Assembly: GCA_964291495.2 (NCBI GenBank)
Contig: OZ219868.1
Location: forward strand, 80,743 to 144,742
Reading direction: 5' to 3'
Length of the DNA: 64,000 nucleotides
DNA from: Dehalococcoidia bacterium
GTDB taxonomy: Bacteria; Chloroflexota; Dehalococcoidia; UBA2979
Numbering within the stretch: the first letter of the stretch is position 1; every line of letters starts with the position of its first letter. Positions 7,252-16,619 of the stretch are shown here, in pieces. The notes below the pieces were generated by a model. The model saw nothing but the letters and a program-made list of their open reading frames with translations, did no database searches and was not told the origin of the DNA. The position numbers and the translations under genes are program-made.

Positions 7252-9240
7252 GTGAGCCACCTGAGCCTGGCCGATAATCTGTGCCTGCTGATGCTCGATG
7301 ACGCTTCCGGGAGCCTCTGCCGCCTCGAGGGGCGAACCCGAGACTTCGGCTTCGCGGCCGCGGTCCTGTTGGAGTTGGAGCAGCATGAACGCATCCAGAC
7401 CCAGCCGGGCCTGCTGTCCGTCATCGATGCAACACCGCTCGGTGACCCCGTCGCGGATCCGGTGCTCGCTGAGGTCGCGGACAGTGATCACTCGTCTCCG
7501 CAGGACTGGGTGCGACGTATTGGCTCTCGGTCCGGCTCGGAGATAGCCGCCGCCACCCTGGACCGGCTCGTAGCACGCGGAGTCCTTGAGCAGATACCGG
7601 GCGACCTGTTCTTCCTCCCGTCCGAGGTGGCGCGTTCACAGCGCTACCCGGGGGCAGTAGGCGGCGCTGACGAGGTCCGCATCCGGGTGATGCGGGCACT
7701 CTTTGGCGGCGACGCCCCGGATACATCCGATGCGGACCTGATAGGGCTCGCCGATTCCTGCGGTGTCTTCGGCGTCATCCTGAGCGCTGGCGAGTTCGAC
7801 AAGGTGAGGGATCGGATCGGAGAGATTGCGCCACGCAACCCGCTGTGCCGAGCGGTTGAGCAGGCGGCGGCCGACGACCTGGCCGCGCAAGGGCCCTCGC
7901 GCGGGGCGTTCCCGCCGATACCCGAGGTCCGGGGGCTTCCGATCCTCGGCAACGCGGTGGGCATGGCCGGCAACCTGCAGCCATTCCTCGACAAGCAGTA
8001 CAGGCGGCATGGTCCAGTTTTTGGTCTTCGAGTGCCGGGGAGACGCATGGTCGTCATGGCGGGCAAGGAAGCTGTTGCTTTCATGAAGGAGCATTCCCAG
8101 ACGCACCTTCGCAGCAACCGGTCGTTCACTGACTTTCTGGACGCGATGGAGACAGATCGCTCGATCATCTCAATGGACGGTCACGATCACATCAAGCTCC
8201 GGCGCATCGCTCACGCGGGCTACAACGAGATGACCGTCGCAGACAACCTGTCAACGGTCATCGAGGTCACCCGCCGCGCCGTCGCCTCCTGGCCCACTGG
8301 ACGACCGCTTTCGGTGTACCCCGCAATGCAGGAAATCGTGATTCCGCAACTCGGCGTTGTCGCAACCGGACTTGCGCCCACCGAATTCGTGGACGATCTC
8401 CGGTACTGGTTCGACTCGCTCGTGATTGCAATGCGTCGCGACCGTCCGAAGTTCATGGTCGAGTACCGGCTGCGCAAGGTGCGTCCCAGAATCAGGGAAC
8501 TGTTCCACCGGGCCGTGGAGTTGCACGACCCCGAATTGCGCGATGGACGCCCTCGCGACCTGCTCGATGAGTTCATGGACCTGCGGAGGCGGGATCCGCA
8601 GTTCCTTCCGGAGACCGACCTGGCCTCTTCCGTGGTGGCTCCATACATCCAGGCATTGGACCCCGTCGCCGGGACCTTGGGGTTCGCCCTGTTGCGCCTG
8701 TTGGCAGAGCCGCAGCATGCCGAGGCTCTCCAGGAGGAGGCCGATGAAGCGTTTGCCGCCGGGCTGGCGGATGCGGATGCCATTAGCGGACTGGAGAAGA
8801 CGTACGCCTTCCTTGCCGAGGTCATGCGCTGCCACACGATCACGCCGGTGATGCTGCGCACGGCGTGCAACGCGTTCGAGTTCGAGGGCCACTGGGTGCC
8901 CGCCGGCACTTCGCTGTGGATGGCTCCGGGGGTGGTCCACAGCGACCCCGATCATTATCCGAACCCCGAGCGATTCGAACCTGAGCGGCATTTGCCCCCA
9001 CGCCTGGAATCCACGGAGCAGGGCGCGTTCGTCCCCTTCGGGGTCGGTCCTCACTCCTGCCTCGGAGAGTCGTTCGCCAAGGATCAGATGGCGGTGACGC
9101 TTGCGACCCTGCTGCACTACGCGGAGTTCGACCGCTATCCGAGTCGAGACAACCGCATGAGGATCACTTCCTACCCTTCACTCCGTCCGCACCGCAAGAG
9201 CCGCGTTCAGGTGAAGCGTCAGCGGTCCGCCCAGCGGTGA
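7252..9240 (+). CDS. GOLPH3/GPP34-domain::cytochrome P450 fusion protein (copy B)
   Basis: GTG at 7252 after AGGAGG. N-terminal 'LSLADNLCLLMLDDASG...AAAVLLELEQHERI...LGDPVADPVLAEV...DWVRRI...LDRLVARGVL' is GPP34-like. P450 motifs EVMR, PERF and FGVGPHSCLG. Confidence 0.9.
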   Translation: MSHLSLADNLCLLMLDDASGSLCRLEGRTRDFGFAAAVLLELEQHERIQTQPGLLSVIDATPLGDPVADPVLAEVADSDHSSPQDWVRRIGSRSGSEIAAATLDRLVARGVLEQIPGDLFFLPSEVARSQRYPGAVGGADEVRIRVMRALFGGDAPDTSDADLIGLADSCGVFGVILSAGEFDKVRDRIGEIAPRNPLCRAVEQAAADDLAAQGPSRGAFPPIPEVRGLPILGNAVGMAGNLQPFLDKQYRRHGPVFGLRVPGRRMVVMAGKEAVAFMKEHSQTHLRSNRSFTDFLDAMETDRSIISMDGHDHIKLRRIAHAGYNEMTVADNLSTVIEVTRRAVASWPTGRPLSVYPAMQEIVIPQLGVVATGLAPTEFVDDLRYWFDSLVIAMRRDRPKFMVEYRLRKVRPRIRELFHRAVELHDPELRDGRPRDLLDEFMDLRRRDPQFLPETDLASSVVAPYIQALDPVAGTLGFALLRLLAEPQHAEALQEEADEAFAAGLADADAISGLEKTYAFLAEVMRCHTITPVMLRTACNAFEFEGHWVPAGTSLWMAPGVVHSDPDHYPNPERFEPERHLPPRLESTEQGAFVPFGVGPHSCLGESFAKDQMAVTLATLLHYAEFDRYPSRDNRMRITSYPSLRPHRKSRVQVKRQRSAQR

Positions 9241-9442
9241 AGCCTGCCGGCGTAGCCCGCGGTGACCACGGAAGCCAGGGTTGGCCGCCCGCAGGGTCCG
9301 AGGTCCGCATGGCACTCGCCTGTTGGTGCGGGGCACGTCTCTCCCGTAGTCCGTGTATCCGCGTCGTCGCGTGGTGGTCCGGTGGGCGGGTGGCGGCTGC
9401 ACGGTGTCGAGCGGCCGCGCCGCTCACACGGAGTGGCGTGCG

Positions 9443-12067
9443 ATGAACCAGGCGCTCTCCCGTCTGACCTGGCTGGTCACGGCTCGCCCCTGGGTCACGA
9501 TCTTCGTCCTCCTGCTGACTACGGTGGTGCTCGCTGCGGGGGCGGAACGGCGCGCGCCTGTGGTGGAGGGCGCAGTGCTCGCGTTCCTCCCACCCGGACA
9601 CCCCATTGCGGAGGCGTCGAACGAAATCGACGAGCTCTTTGGGGATTCGGGCGAAGTGACGGTTGTCACGATCATCTTCCGCGGGAATGCGTTCACGCCC
9701 GAAGGGCTCGCCCAGATGGATGCGCTCACCTGGGGCGTCCTTGCCGACGCACAGGTGGAAGCAGTGCTGGCGCCCGGTGAGTCAGTGATCGCGCCCTCTT
9801 TGCTCGTCCGGGAGGCGCTCCAGGTAGACAGCTTCGAGTCGGTCACGCAGGCGCAGATCAACTCCGCCCTCGGTTCACCCGAGATCGAAGAGGTGCTGGC
9901 AGCGATGACCGCATCCGACGCAGACGGCAACCCTGTGGCGATCGCCACGGTGCGGCTGAGCGACGCGGACGAGCGGAAGGTCGCGGATGCGGAGAGGCGG
10001 ATCAATGAGCTGACGGCCGGAAACGTGGGCCCGTTACGTGTGAGCAGCGTGTCGCCCGTTGTTGTCGAGGCCGAGTACAGAGACGCTACCGAGTCGGGGA
10101 TGCTGCCCCTGATCGCGCTCGCGCTTGGGTTGGTCGCATCCCTGATCCTGCTGTTTCTGCGTACGCTCGCGGACCTCTTGCTCACGCTTCTGGGGCTATT
10201 CGTCGCCCTCATCTGGGTCGTCGGCGCGGAGGGATGGCTTGGGCCACATGGTCTTGGCTGGATCGGCCCGCCGAGCTCGCACAGCGCGATGGTCCCGATC
10301 ATCGTGATCAGCCTCACCGTGGACTATGCCATCCAGACTGTCTCGAGCTATCGCGAGCAGCGAACCGCGGGGTTGCCGGTGGCCGATGCGATCGGAACGG
10401 GACTGGGACACGTCGCGATTCCACTGATGCTGGCTGCCGTGACGACGATCGCGAGCCTGCTGACGAATCTGTTCTCGCCCATCGGCGCGGTGGGCGACTT
10501 CGGCATCGTCGCGGGCCTCGGGGTTGGCCTGAGCCTGATCGTGATACTGACCCTGCTCCCAGCGGGACGGATGATCATCGACCGGCGGCGCGAGCAGCGC
10601 GCCACGCTCGCTCCGCCCCGTCCGGTCTCGAGTGCGCTGCCGGGCGTCAGGCGCGCTGCGGAGTTGCTGGGAACGTCTGTCACGCGCCGGCCGGCCCCGT
10701 TCATCCTTGTCGTGCTCGCGATCACGGTCGGACTCGGGTTCGCGGCCGCGCGGCTCGAGACCGGATTCGACATCCGCGACATCCTGCCAAGGGGCGGGAC
10801 CGTGCTGGAGGACATCGAGACCCTCGAAGCCTTCGGCGGATCCACGGAGATGGCGAGCGTACTCGTGAAGGCGGAGGCGACTGACACCCGCACGTACCTG
10901 AACCTGAACGATCTCAGGGTTGCCTTCGAAGATGATCGGCTCCGGCCACAGGCAGCTGCAGGGCCCATCCACACCTCATACGAGCTGCTTGTGCACGACT
11001 GGACGCACGACAGCGGCGAAGAGGGCGACAAGTACGATGCCGGGCTCGCAGAGCTCTTCCGCCACGCTTCGGTCGGCCTGAGGCTGAATCCGGTGCTGCT
11101 CCAGGAGCTTCTCGACAGGCTGAAGGCGAAGGAGCCCGCCCTCGTCAGCGTACTTGCCGACAATCCCGATGGAATCGATTCGTTGCTGTTCCAGTTCCCG
11201 ACCTTCTCAGGCGATCCCGAAGCAACAAGGGCGCTGCAGCAGGACATCGAAGCGCTGTGGCGAGAAAAGGACGTGAGCGTGACGGTTACGTCGCTGGACG
11301 TCGTTTCCGTCGCAGTCACGGATGAGATCACGCGCGGTCAGACGGCGGCGATCAGCACGACGATCGCGGTAGCCATCGGCGTCCTCGCCATCTTCTTCTG
11401 GGTGACACTGCGGCAACCCGCGCTTGCATTCATTGCGGTGGTGCCGGTGGTGCTCGCACTCATCTGCGTGCTGGGAACGATGGCGCTCCTGGACATTCCC
11501 TACAACCTGATCACATCCATCATCACCGCGCTCTCCATCGGGATCGGCGTTGACTACACCATCCACATCATCCATCGCTACCGCGAGGAGTTCGCCCGCT
11601 CGCGCAGCCCGGAGCAGGCGGCGGTCAGCACGCTTGCAACCATCGGCTCGGCGCTGTTGGGCTCGGCACTGACGACGGCGCTCGGCCTCGGGGTGCTGGT
11701 GTTTTCGCCGCTGCTCGCTTCCCAACAATTCGGCATCACGGCGGCGATCACCATCGCGTACTCGCTGGTCATCTCCATCCTGCTCGTTCCGCCCGCGATG
11801 ACGGTCTGGGGGTCGTACCAGAACATGCGGTTGCGCTCGATGGTGGAGCGACGTGGGCAGAGCTCGATGTGGCCATTGAGGATGCGTACCAGCGCCACGG
11901 GGAGAGAGCGGGCCTGGCCTAGGATGTTCCTGCCCGCCTGGTCCGGTACGAATGCGCTGAGGGGTGGGGAGCTCTTCGAAGGTCTGTCGGCGTCTCCGCT
12001 GTCCGCAGTCGGCGGTCGCGCGCCGGTCTGGTTGGTCAGGCTGATGTGCGCGGCGAGGTGCGGATGA
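9443..12067 (+). CDS. MMPL/RND-family lipid transporter; the C-terminus probably carries a 1-nt frameshift (alternative stop at 11922)
   Basis: Two repeats of (TM + large extracytoplasmic domain + 5 TM), RND signatures SLTVDYAIQ and GIGVDYTIHIIHRYREE, and GSALLGSALTT. ATG 9443 is preferred as start. Confidence 0.88.
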   Translation: MNQALSRLTWLVTARPWVTIFVLLLTTVVLAAGAERRAPVVEGAVLAFLPPGHPIAEASNEIDELFGDSGEVTVVTIIFRGNAFTPEGLAQMDALTWGVLADAQVEAVLAPGESVIAPSLLVREALQVDSFESVTQAQINSALGSPEIEEVLAAMTASDADGNPVAIATVRLSDADERKVADAERRINELTAGNVGPLRVSSVSPVVVEAEYRDATESGMLPLIALALGLVASLILLFLRTLADLLLTLLGLFVALIWVVGAEGWLGPHGLGWIGPPSSHSAMVPIIVISLTVDYAIQTVSSYREQRTAGLPVADAIGTGLGHVAIPLMLAAVTTIASLLTNLFSPIGAVGDFGIVAGLGVGLSLIVILTLLPAGRMIIDRRREQRATLAPPRPVSSALPGVRRAAELLGTSVTRRPAPFILVVLAITVGLGFAAARLETGFDIRDILPRGGTVLEDIETLEAFGGSTEMASVLVKAEATDTRTYLNLNDLRVAFEDDRLRPQAAAGPIHTSYELLVHDWTHDSGEEGDKYDAGLAELFRHASVGLRLNPVLLQELLDRLKAKEPALVSVLADNPDGIDSLLFQFPTFSGDPEATRALQQDIEALWREKDVSVTVTSLDVVSVAVTDEITRGQTAAISTTIAVAIGVLAIFFWVTLRQPALAFIAVVPVVLALICVLGTMALLDIPYNLITSIITALSIGIGVDYTIHIIHRYREEFARSRSPEQAAVSTLATIGSALLGSALTTALGLGVLVFSPLLASQQFGITAAITIAYSLVISILLVPPAMTVWGSYQNMRLRSMVERRGQSSMWPLRMRTSATGRERAWPRMFLPAWSGTNALRGGELFEGLSASPLSAVGGRAPVWLVRLMCAARCG

Positions 12068-12146
12068 TCGGGGCCGACACGGGGACAGATTCTCTCACCA
12101 CGGCACGGCCGTTGGTGGCGTCCCGGGCTCTCGTGGGTCCCGGCAC

Positions 12147-13571
12147 TCAGCGGCGACGTTCGAGTCTCATCGGCATGCCGCCCTTCACCTTGAGGCTCAT
12201 GCGAGGCACAACTTCCGCCTTGCCGGTCGCGTCGGCGCGCCAACGACGGCACAGGCTAGCCAGCGCGATCTTCGCCTCCATCCACGCGAAGCCCTCGCCG
12301 ATGCACTGGTGTGGGCCTCCCCCGAAGGGGAAGTACGCGAAGCGCGGCAGCTCACTGCGGAACTCGTCCGTCCAGCGCCCGGGGCGGAACTCCAGCGGAT
12401 CCTCGAACCAGCGCGGATCGCGCTGCGTGATGAACGGCGCTGCTATCACCGTGACGCCCGCCGGGACGTGGTATCCGCCCACGTCGATGGGCTCGTACAC
12501 CATCCTGCCCAGCGCCCAGAACGGCGGATAGAGCCTCAGTGTCTCCGTGATGATCTGGTCGGTGAGGGGCAGCTGGGGCAAGTCGTCGAGTGTCACTTCG
12601 CGATCGCCCAGCACACCGTCCAACTCCGCATGGAACCGCTCTTCCACGTCGGGGTTCCGCGAAAGGAGATGGAACGCGTACGCGAGGGTCGTCGCCGTGG
12701 TGTCGTGCCCGGCGAGGTACAGAGAGACCGCCTCGTCACGCACCAGCTCGTCGCTCATCCCGCCGGCGTCCTCGCCTTCCGCATCCTCGTACCTGGCCTG
12801 TAGCAGCATGCACAGCAGGTCGTCCCCCTCGGCCCCGGACTGCCGGCGTTCGCGGATCAGGCCGAAGATCAGGTCGTCCAGGTAGGCGCGAGCAGCCTTG
12901 AAGCGCCTCGAGGAAGGCAGCGGCAGACGATGGAGCAGGTGCCGCAGGAACACCGGCTGGGTCAGGCGGAGATACATGTACCTGTCGGCCTCCGCGAACG
13001 ACTCACCCACGCGCCGGACCACCTCGCTCGTCTCGATATCGAACAGGGCCTTGGCCACCATCTGGAGCGTCAAGTCCCGCATCTCCTGCTCCATGTCCAC
13101 ACTGGCGCCGTCCTGCCACTGCCGGGACTTCCGGGACGAGATGTCGGTCATCGCGTGAGCGTATTTCTCGATGAACCTGTGATGGAACCGGGGCTGTATC
13201 AGCCGCCGCTGCTGCAGGTGAAAGGCTCCCGTGGATGCGACGAGGCCGTCTCCCATCATCCAGCGCACGGTCTCGAACGCAGCGGCGCCCCTGCCGGTAT
13301 TCTGGTGGTTGGTCACCAGGACCTGCTGGTTGAGTTCCGGGTGATTCACGAGATAGATCAGGATCGGCTTCATCGCCACGGTGCTGACATCACCGTACGT
13401 GGCGGCCTCCTGCAACAGACCAATCAAGTCGGACCGCAGGCGGAACGCCTGCCCGAGCACTGGCAGCCCGGATGGCCCAGGGGGGCGTTCAGCTGACTGG
13501 ATGGACGGTCTGGGAGGATCGGAGAGCGGCTCGGCGTTGGTCGTGACCGACTGTGCCGGGCGTGGCTGCAT
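12147..13571 (-). CDS. Cytochrome P450 (canonical, soluble; copy C)
   Basis: PPGP N-terminal motif, I-helix AGHDTT, ETLR, PGRW and heme motif FGGGPHQCIG. Start uncertain (13571 or 13607). Confidence 0.93.
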   Translation of the reverse strand: MQPRPAQSVTTNAEPLSDPPRPSIQSAERPPGPSGLPVLGQAFRLRSDLIGLLQEAATYGDVSTVAMKPILIYLVNHPELNQQVLVTNHQNTGRGAAAFETVRWMMGDGLVASTGAFHLQQRRLIQPRFHHRFIEKYAHAMTDISSRKSRQWQDGASVDMEQEMRDLTLQMVAKALFDIETSEVVRRVGESFAEADRYMYLRLTQPVFLRHLLHRLPLPSSRRFKAARAYLDDLIFGLIRERRQSGAEGDDLLCMLLQARYEDAEGEDAGGMSDELVRDEAVSLYLAGHDTTATTLAYAFHLLSRNPDVEERFHAELDGVLGDREVTLDDLPQLPLTDQIITETLRLYPPFWALGRMVYEPIDVGGYHVPAGVTVIAAPFITQRDPRWFEDPLEFRPGRWTDEFRSELPRFAYFPFGGGPHQCIGEGFAWMEAKIALASLCRRWRADATGKAEVVPRMSLKVKGGMPMRLERRR

Positions 13572-13637
13572 CACGCTATCCCGTTCGCCGGAGATGGCCG
13601 GCGCCACTGCGGGAGGCGAAAGCCCGGCGCGTCCAGC

Positions 13638-13734
13638 GATGCGAATCTGTGATCCTGCAATGGATCCTAGCTACCGGTTGTTCTGGTTTCGTCCAGCGAG
13701 GACCATCAGTTGTATAAAATACTGTGCAATGTCT
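13638..13734 (-). promoter_or_regulatory. Conserved upstream promoter/operator module of P450 copy C, in the divergent region shared with the hybrid kinase
   Basis: Minus strand AGACATTG-CA-CAGTA-TTTTA-TACAA...TGGACG...AACAACC...TAGGAT(-10, 13669-13664)CCA...ATCAC-A-GATTCGCATC; collinear with 7073-7170. Confidence 0.7.
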
Positions 13735-13838
13735 TCAGCGAAGGGTATCCTCCCTCGGGGTGACTGCTACTGAGGGCGCCGGCTCCCATAACAGCCGCAT
13801 ATGCCCGCTGCTGAGGTCGAGATTCCGGGAAGGCGACT

Positions 13839-16238
13839 ATGACGGACGCTGATCAGCGAGACGCCGAGAACGGGGCCCTCCGACACCGGCTGTCCCGACT
13901 CAGCGAGGCCAGCCTCAGGATCAATGAAAGCCTCGATCTCGATCGAGTACTCCAGGGCGTCATGGAGAGCACGCGGGCGCTCACCGGCGCTCGGGCCGGC
14001 GTCATGCTGCTCTTCGACGACTCGCTCCAGGTCCAACACGCGCTCACGTCGGGGCTGACGGTGGCGGAACAGGCGCAGTTGTGGCAGATGGAAGACGGGA
14101 TGCTCCTCTTCAACCACATCGGCGGTCTCACATCGACGGTTCGGCACCCCGACTTCAGCGCGTATCTGAGGGACCTGGGGCTCCCGGACTTCGATTCCCC
14201 ACTGGACGTGCACTCACCGCTCCCGTTTCTCTTCACTCCCATCACCTACGAAGGCAAACCGATCGGCGCGATCTACCTCGGCGACAAGCCGACCGGTGAG
14301 GAGTTCACGCAGGAGGATGAAGAGACCCTCGTCATGTTCGCGTCCCAAGCCGCGCTGGTGATCGCGAACGCCCGCTACCACCGGGACGAGCGACGTGCAC
14401 GCAATGACCTCGAGGCACTGATCGATTCCACCCCCGTGGCGGTGCTCGTGTTTGACCCAGGCACAGGCCTTCCGGTCTCGTTCAACCGCGAGGTTATTCG
14501 GCTGGCCAACGAGCTGAGCTCTCCGGATCAAAGCCCGGAGGACGTGCTGAAGGTCCTGACGGTGCGCCGGGCGGATGGTGAGGAAGTCTCCCTCCAGGAA
14601 TTGCCGCTGACGACCGCGCTGCGTACCGGCGAGACGGTGCGCGCTGAAGAGATCGCGCTCTCCGTCCCTGATGGGCGCAGCCTGACCGCACTGCTCAACG
14701 TCACCCCAATCCACTCGGAGGCGGGGGCGGTCGAGTCCGTGGTCGTCACGGTGCAGGATTTGCGGCCTCTGGAAGAAGCAGAGCGCATGCGGGCCGAGTT
14801 CCTGGCCATGGTCAGCCACGAGCTGCGTACCCCGCTGAGTTCGATCCGGGGTTCCGCGGACACCCTGCTGGACGAACAGGCCGAGCTCCAGCCGGCCGAG
14901 GCGCGCGAGTTCTTCCGGATCATTCACGACCAGGCCGGGCGCATGCGCCGACTCATCAGCGACCTCCTGGACGTGGCCCAGATCCAGACCGGCAACCTCT
15001 CCGTCTCTGCCACGCCGGAAGAGGTACGCAACCTTGTGGACGAGGCGAGGAACTCCTTCGCGTCTTCAGGCGGCCAGAACAACATCCATGTTGAGCTGCC
15101 CCCGGACCTCCCGCTCGTGATGGCTGACCGCCCGCGTATCGTTCAGGTCATCACCAACCTGCTGTCCAACGCTGCTCGCCACTCGCCCGACCTCTCGACA
15201 GTTCGACTGAGTGCCGAGTCCCGGGGCCTGCATGTCGCCGTTACCGTCTCGGACCAGGGAAGCGGCTTCCCGGCCGAGCAGCTCCCCCAGCTCTTCCGGA
15301 AGTTCGCACGCGCCGAGGGCGAAGAGGCAGATACGGGGCTCGGCCTGGCTATCTGCAAGGGCATCGTCGAGGCGCACGGGGGGAGGATCTGGGCAGAGAG
15401 CGACGGACCAGGACAGGGTGCGAGCTTCACGTTCACGCTGCCACACGTGGCGCGGGAGCCGGCGCCGGAGCCAGTCCGTGACTCCGCCCGCTCGCAACGT
15501 GCCTCCCACGCTGAGCAGCCTCGAGTCCTGGTGGTCGACGACGACCCCCAGATGCTCAGATACGTCCGCGATGTCCTGACCCGGGCGAACTACGCCTCGA
15601 CCGTGACCGGGGAGCCGGCTGAGGTCCCCGACTTGATGCACCAGGTCGAGCCGCATCTGGTCTTGCTCGACCTGGTACTGCCTGGCGCTGACGGGATCGA
15701 GTTGATGCAGACGATCCGCAATATCGGCCGGGTGCCGGTCATCTTCCTGTCCGCATACGGCCAGGACGATGTGATCGCACGCGCATTCGAAATGGGGGCG
15801 GCCGACTACGTGGTCAAGCCCTTCTCGCCGACCGAGTTGACAGCGAGGATCCAGGCCGCATTGCGTCGCGAGAGCGAGCAATCGGGCCAGGCCGTGATCG
15901 TCGCGCCGTACATGGTGGGGGATCTCACCATCGACCACGGGCAACGTCGGGTGACCGTCGCTGGCCGACCGGTTGAGCTCACCGACACCGAGTACCGGCT
16001 GCTCGCCGAACTGGCAGCCAACGCAGGCCGCATCATGACGCACGAGCAGCTGACTCAACGCCTCTGGGGACCGTACAAGCCCGCCGGCTCGGCCCCCGTG
16101 CGAGGGATCGTCACGCGGCTGCGCCGCAAGCTGGGCGACGACGCGTCCAATCCGACGTACATCTTCACGAGGCATCGCGTCGGCTACTGGATCGCGAAGG
16201 GCGGTGAGGGCGATGGAGAACAGTCCTCGGGCAGGTAA
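13839..16238 (+). CDS. Cytoplasmic hybrid sensor-regulator: GAF-PAS-HisKA-HATPase-REC-OmpR-type winged helix (paralogue 1)
   Basis: GAF (SLDLDRVLQ...GAIYL...FTQEDEETLVMFASQAALVIANAR), PAS (LIDSTPVAVLVFD), H-box VSHELRTPL, N-box NLLSNAARH, G-boxes DQGSG and GLGLAICK, REC (VVDDD, LLD, DYVVKPF) and wHTH (LTDTEYRLL...RLRRKLGD...RVGY). No TM segment. Confidence 0.92.
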   Translation: MTDADQRDAENGALRHRLSRLSEASLRINESLDLDRVLQGVMESTRALTGARAGVMLLFDDSLQVQHALTSGLTVAEQAQLWQMEDGMLLFNHIGGLTSTVRHPDFSAYLRDLGLPDFDSPLDVHSPLPFLFTPITYEGKPIGAIYLGDKPTGEEFTQEDEETLVMFASQAALVIANARYHRDERRARNDLEALIDSTPVAVLVFDPGTGLPVSFNREVIRLANELSSPDQSPEDVLKVLTVRRADGEEVSLQELPLTTALRTGETVRAEEIALSVPDGRSLTALLNVTPIHSEAGAVESVVVTVQDLRPLEEAERMRAEFLAMVSHELRTPLSSIRGSADTLLDEQAELQPAEAREFFRIIHDQAGRMRRLISDLLDVAQIQTGNLSVSATPEEVRNLVDEARNSFASSGGQNNIHVELPPDLPLVMADRPRIVQVITNLLSNAARHSPDLSTVRLSAESRGLHVAVTVSDQGSGFPAEQLPQLFRKFARAEGEEADTGLGLAICKGIVEAHGGRIWAESDGPGQGASFTFTLPHVAREPAPEPVRDSARSQRASHAEQPRVLVVDDDPQMLRYVRDVLTRANYASTVTGEPAEVPDLMHQVEPHLVLLDLVLPGADGIELMQTIRNIGRVPVIFLSAYGQDDVIARAFEMGAADYVVKPFSPTELTARIQAALRRESEQSGQAVIVAPYMVGDLTIDHGQRRVTVAGRPVELTDTEYRLLAELAANAGRIMTHEQLTQRLWGPYKPAGSAPVRGIVTRLRRKLGDDASNPTYIFTRHRVGYWIAKGGEGDGEQSSGR

Positions 16239-16619
16239 CCCGCGCGAGGGAACAACGCCCGGCACCGCCTTCGTTCGTCGCCCCTGGGTTCCTCCAATGC
16301 GTCGCCTGAGGTATCTCGCGAGGCCGCGCACCGCGCGTGGATGGAGGCATCCATCTCGTTGTTGGGACGGTGCAGATCCCGAAGCTGGATCAGGCTTCCA
16401 CCCTCGCCTGACGGCCCTCCCCTCGCGGACTCGCCGCTGAGCCATCCCCGGCCTGGGGCGAAGTCCCACAGACATGAGCGTGGACCTGGTCTGAGTCTGG
16501 TCGCCCGCATCTCGGGCGGTCAGCTCGTGAAGGCAGTCGCCTTCAATCGCGGTCACCCGGGCTGGATCAGGCCCTGCGGACGATATTGCCGAGCGCTGCT
16601 CTCGCAGGGCGCCACCACC

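Noticed and set aside
1-13607. Complete de novo sterol biosynthesis or steroid degradation cluster
   Set aside because: No oxidosqualene cyclase, squalene epoxidase, KstD, KshB or Hsa genes are visible in the window; only tailoring-type and transport genes are supported.
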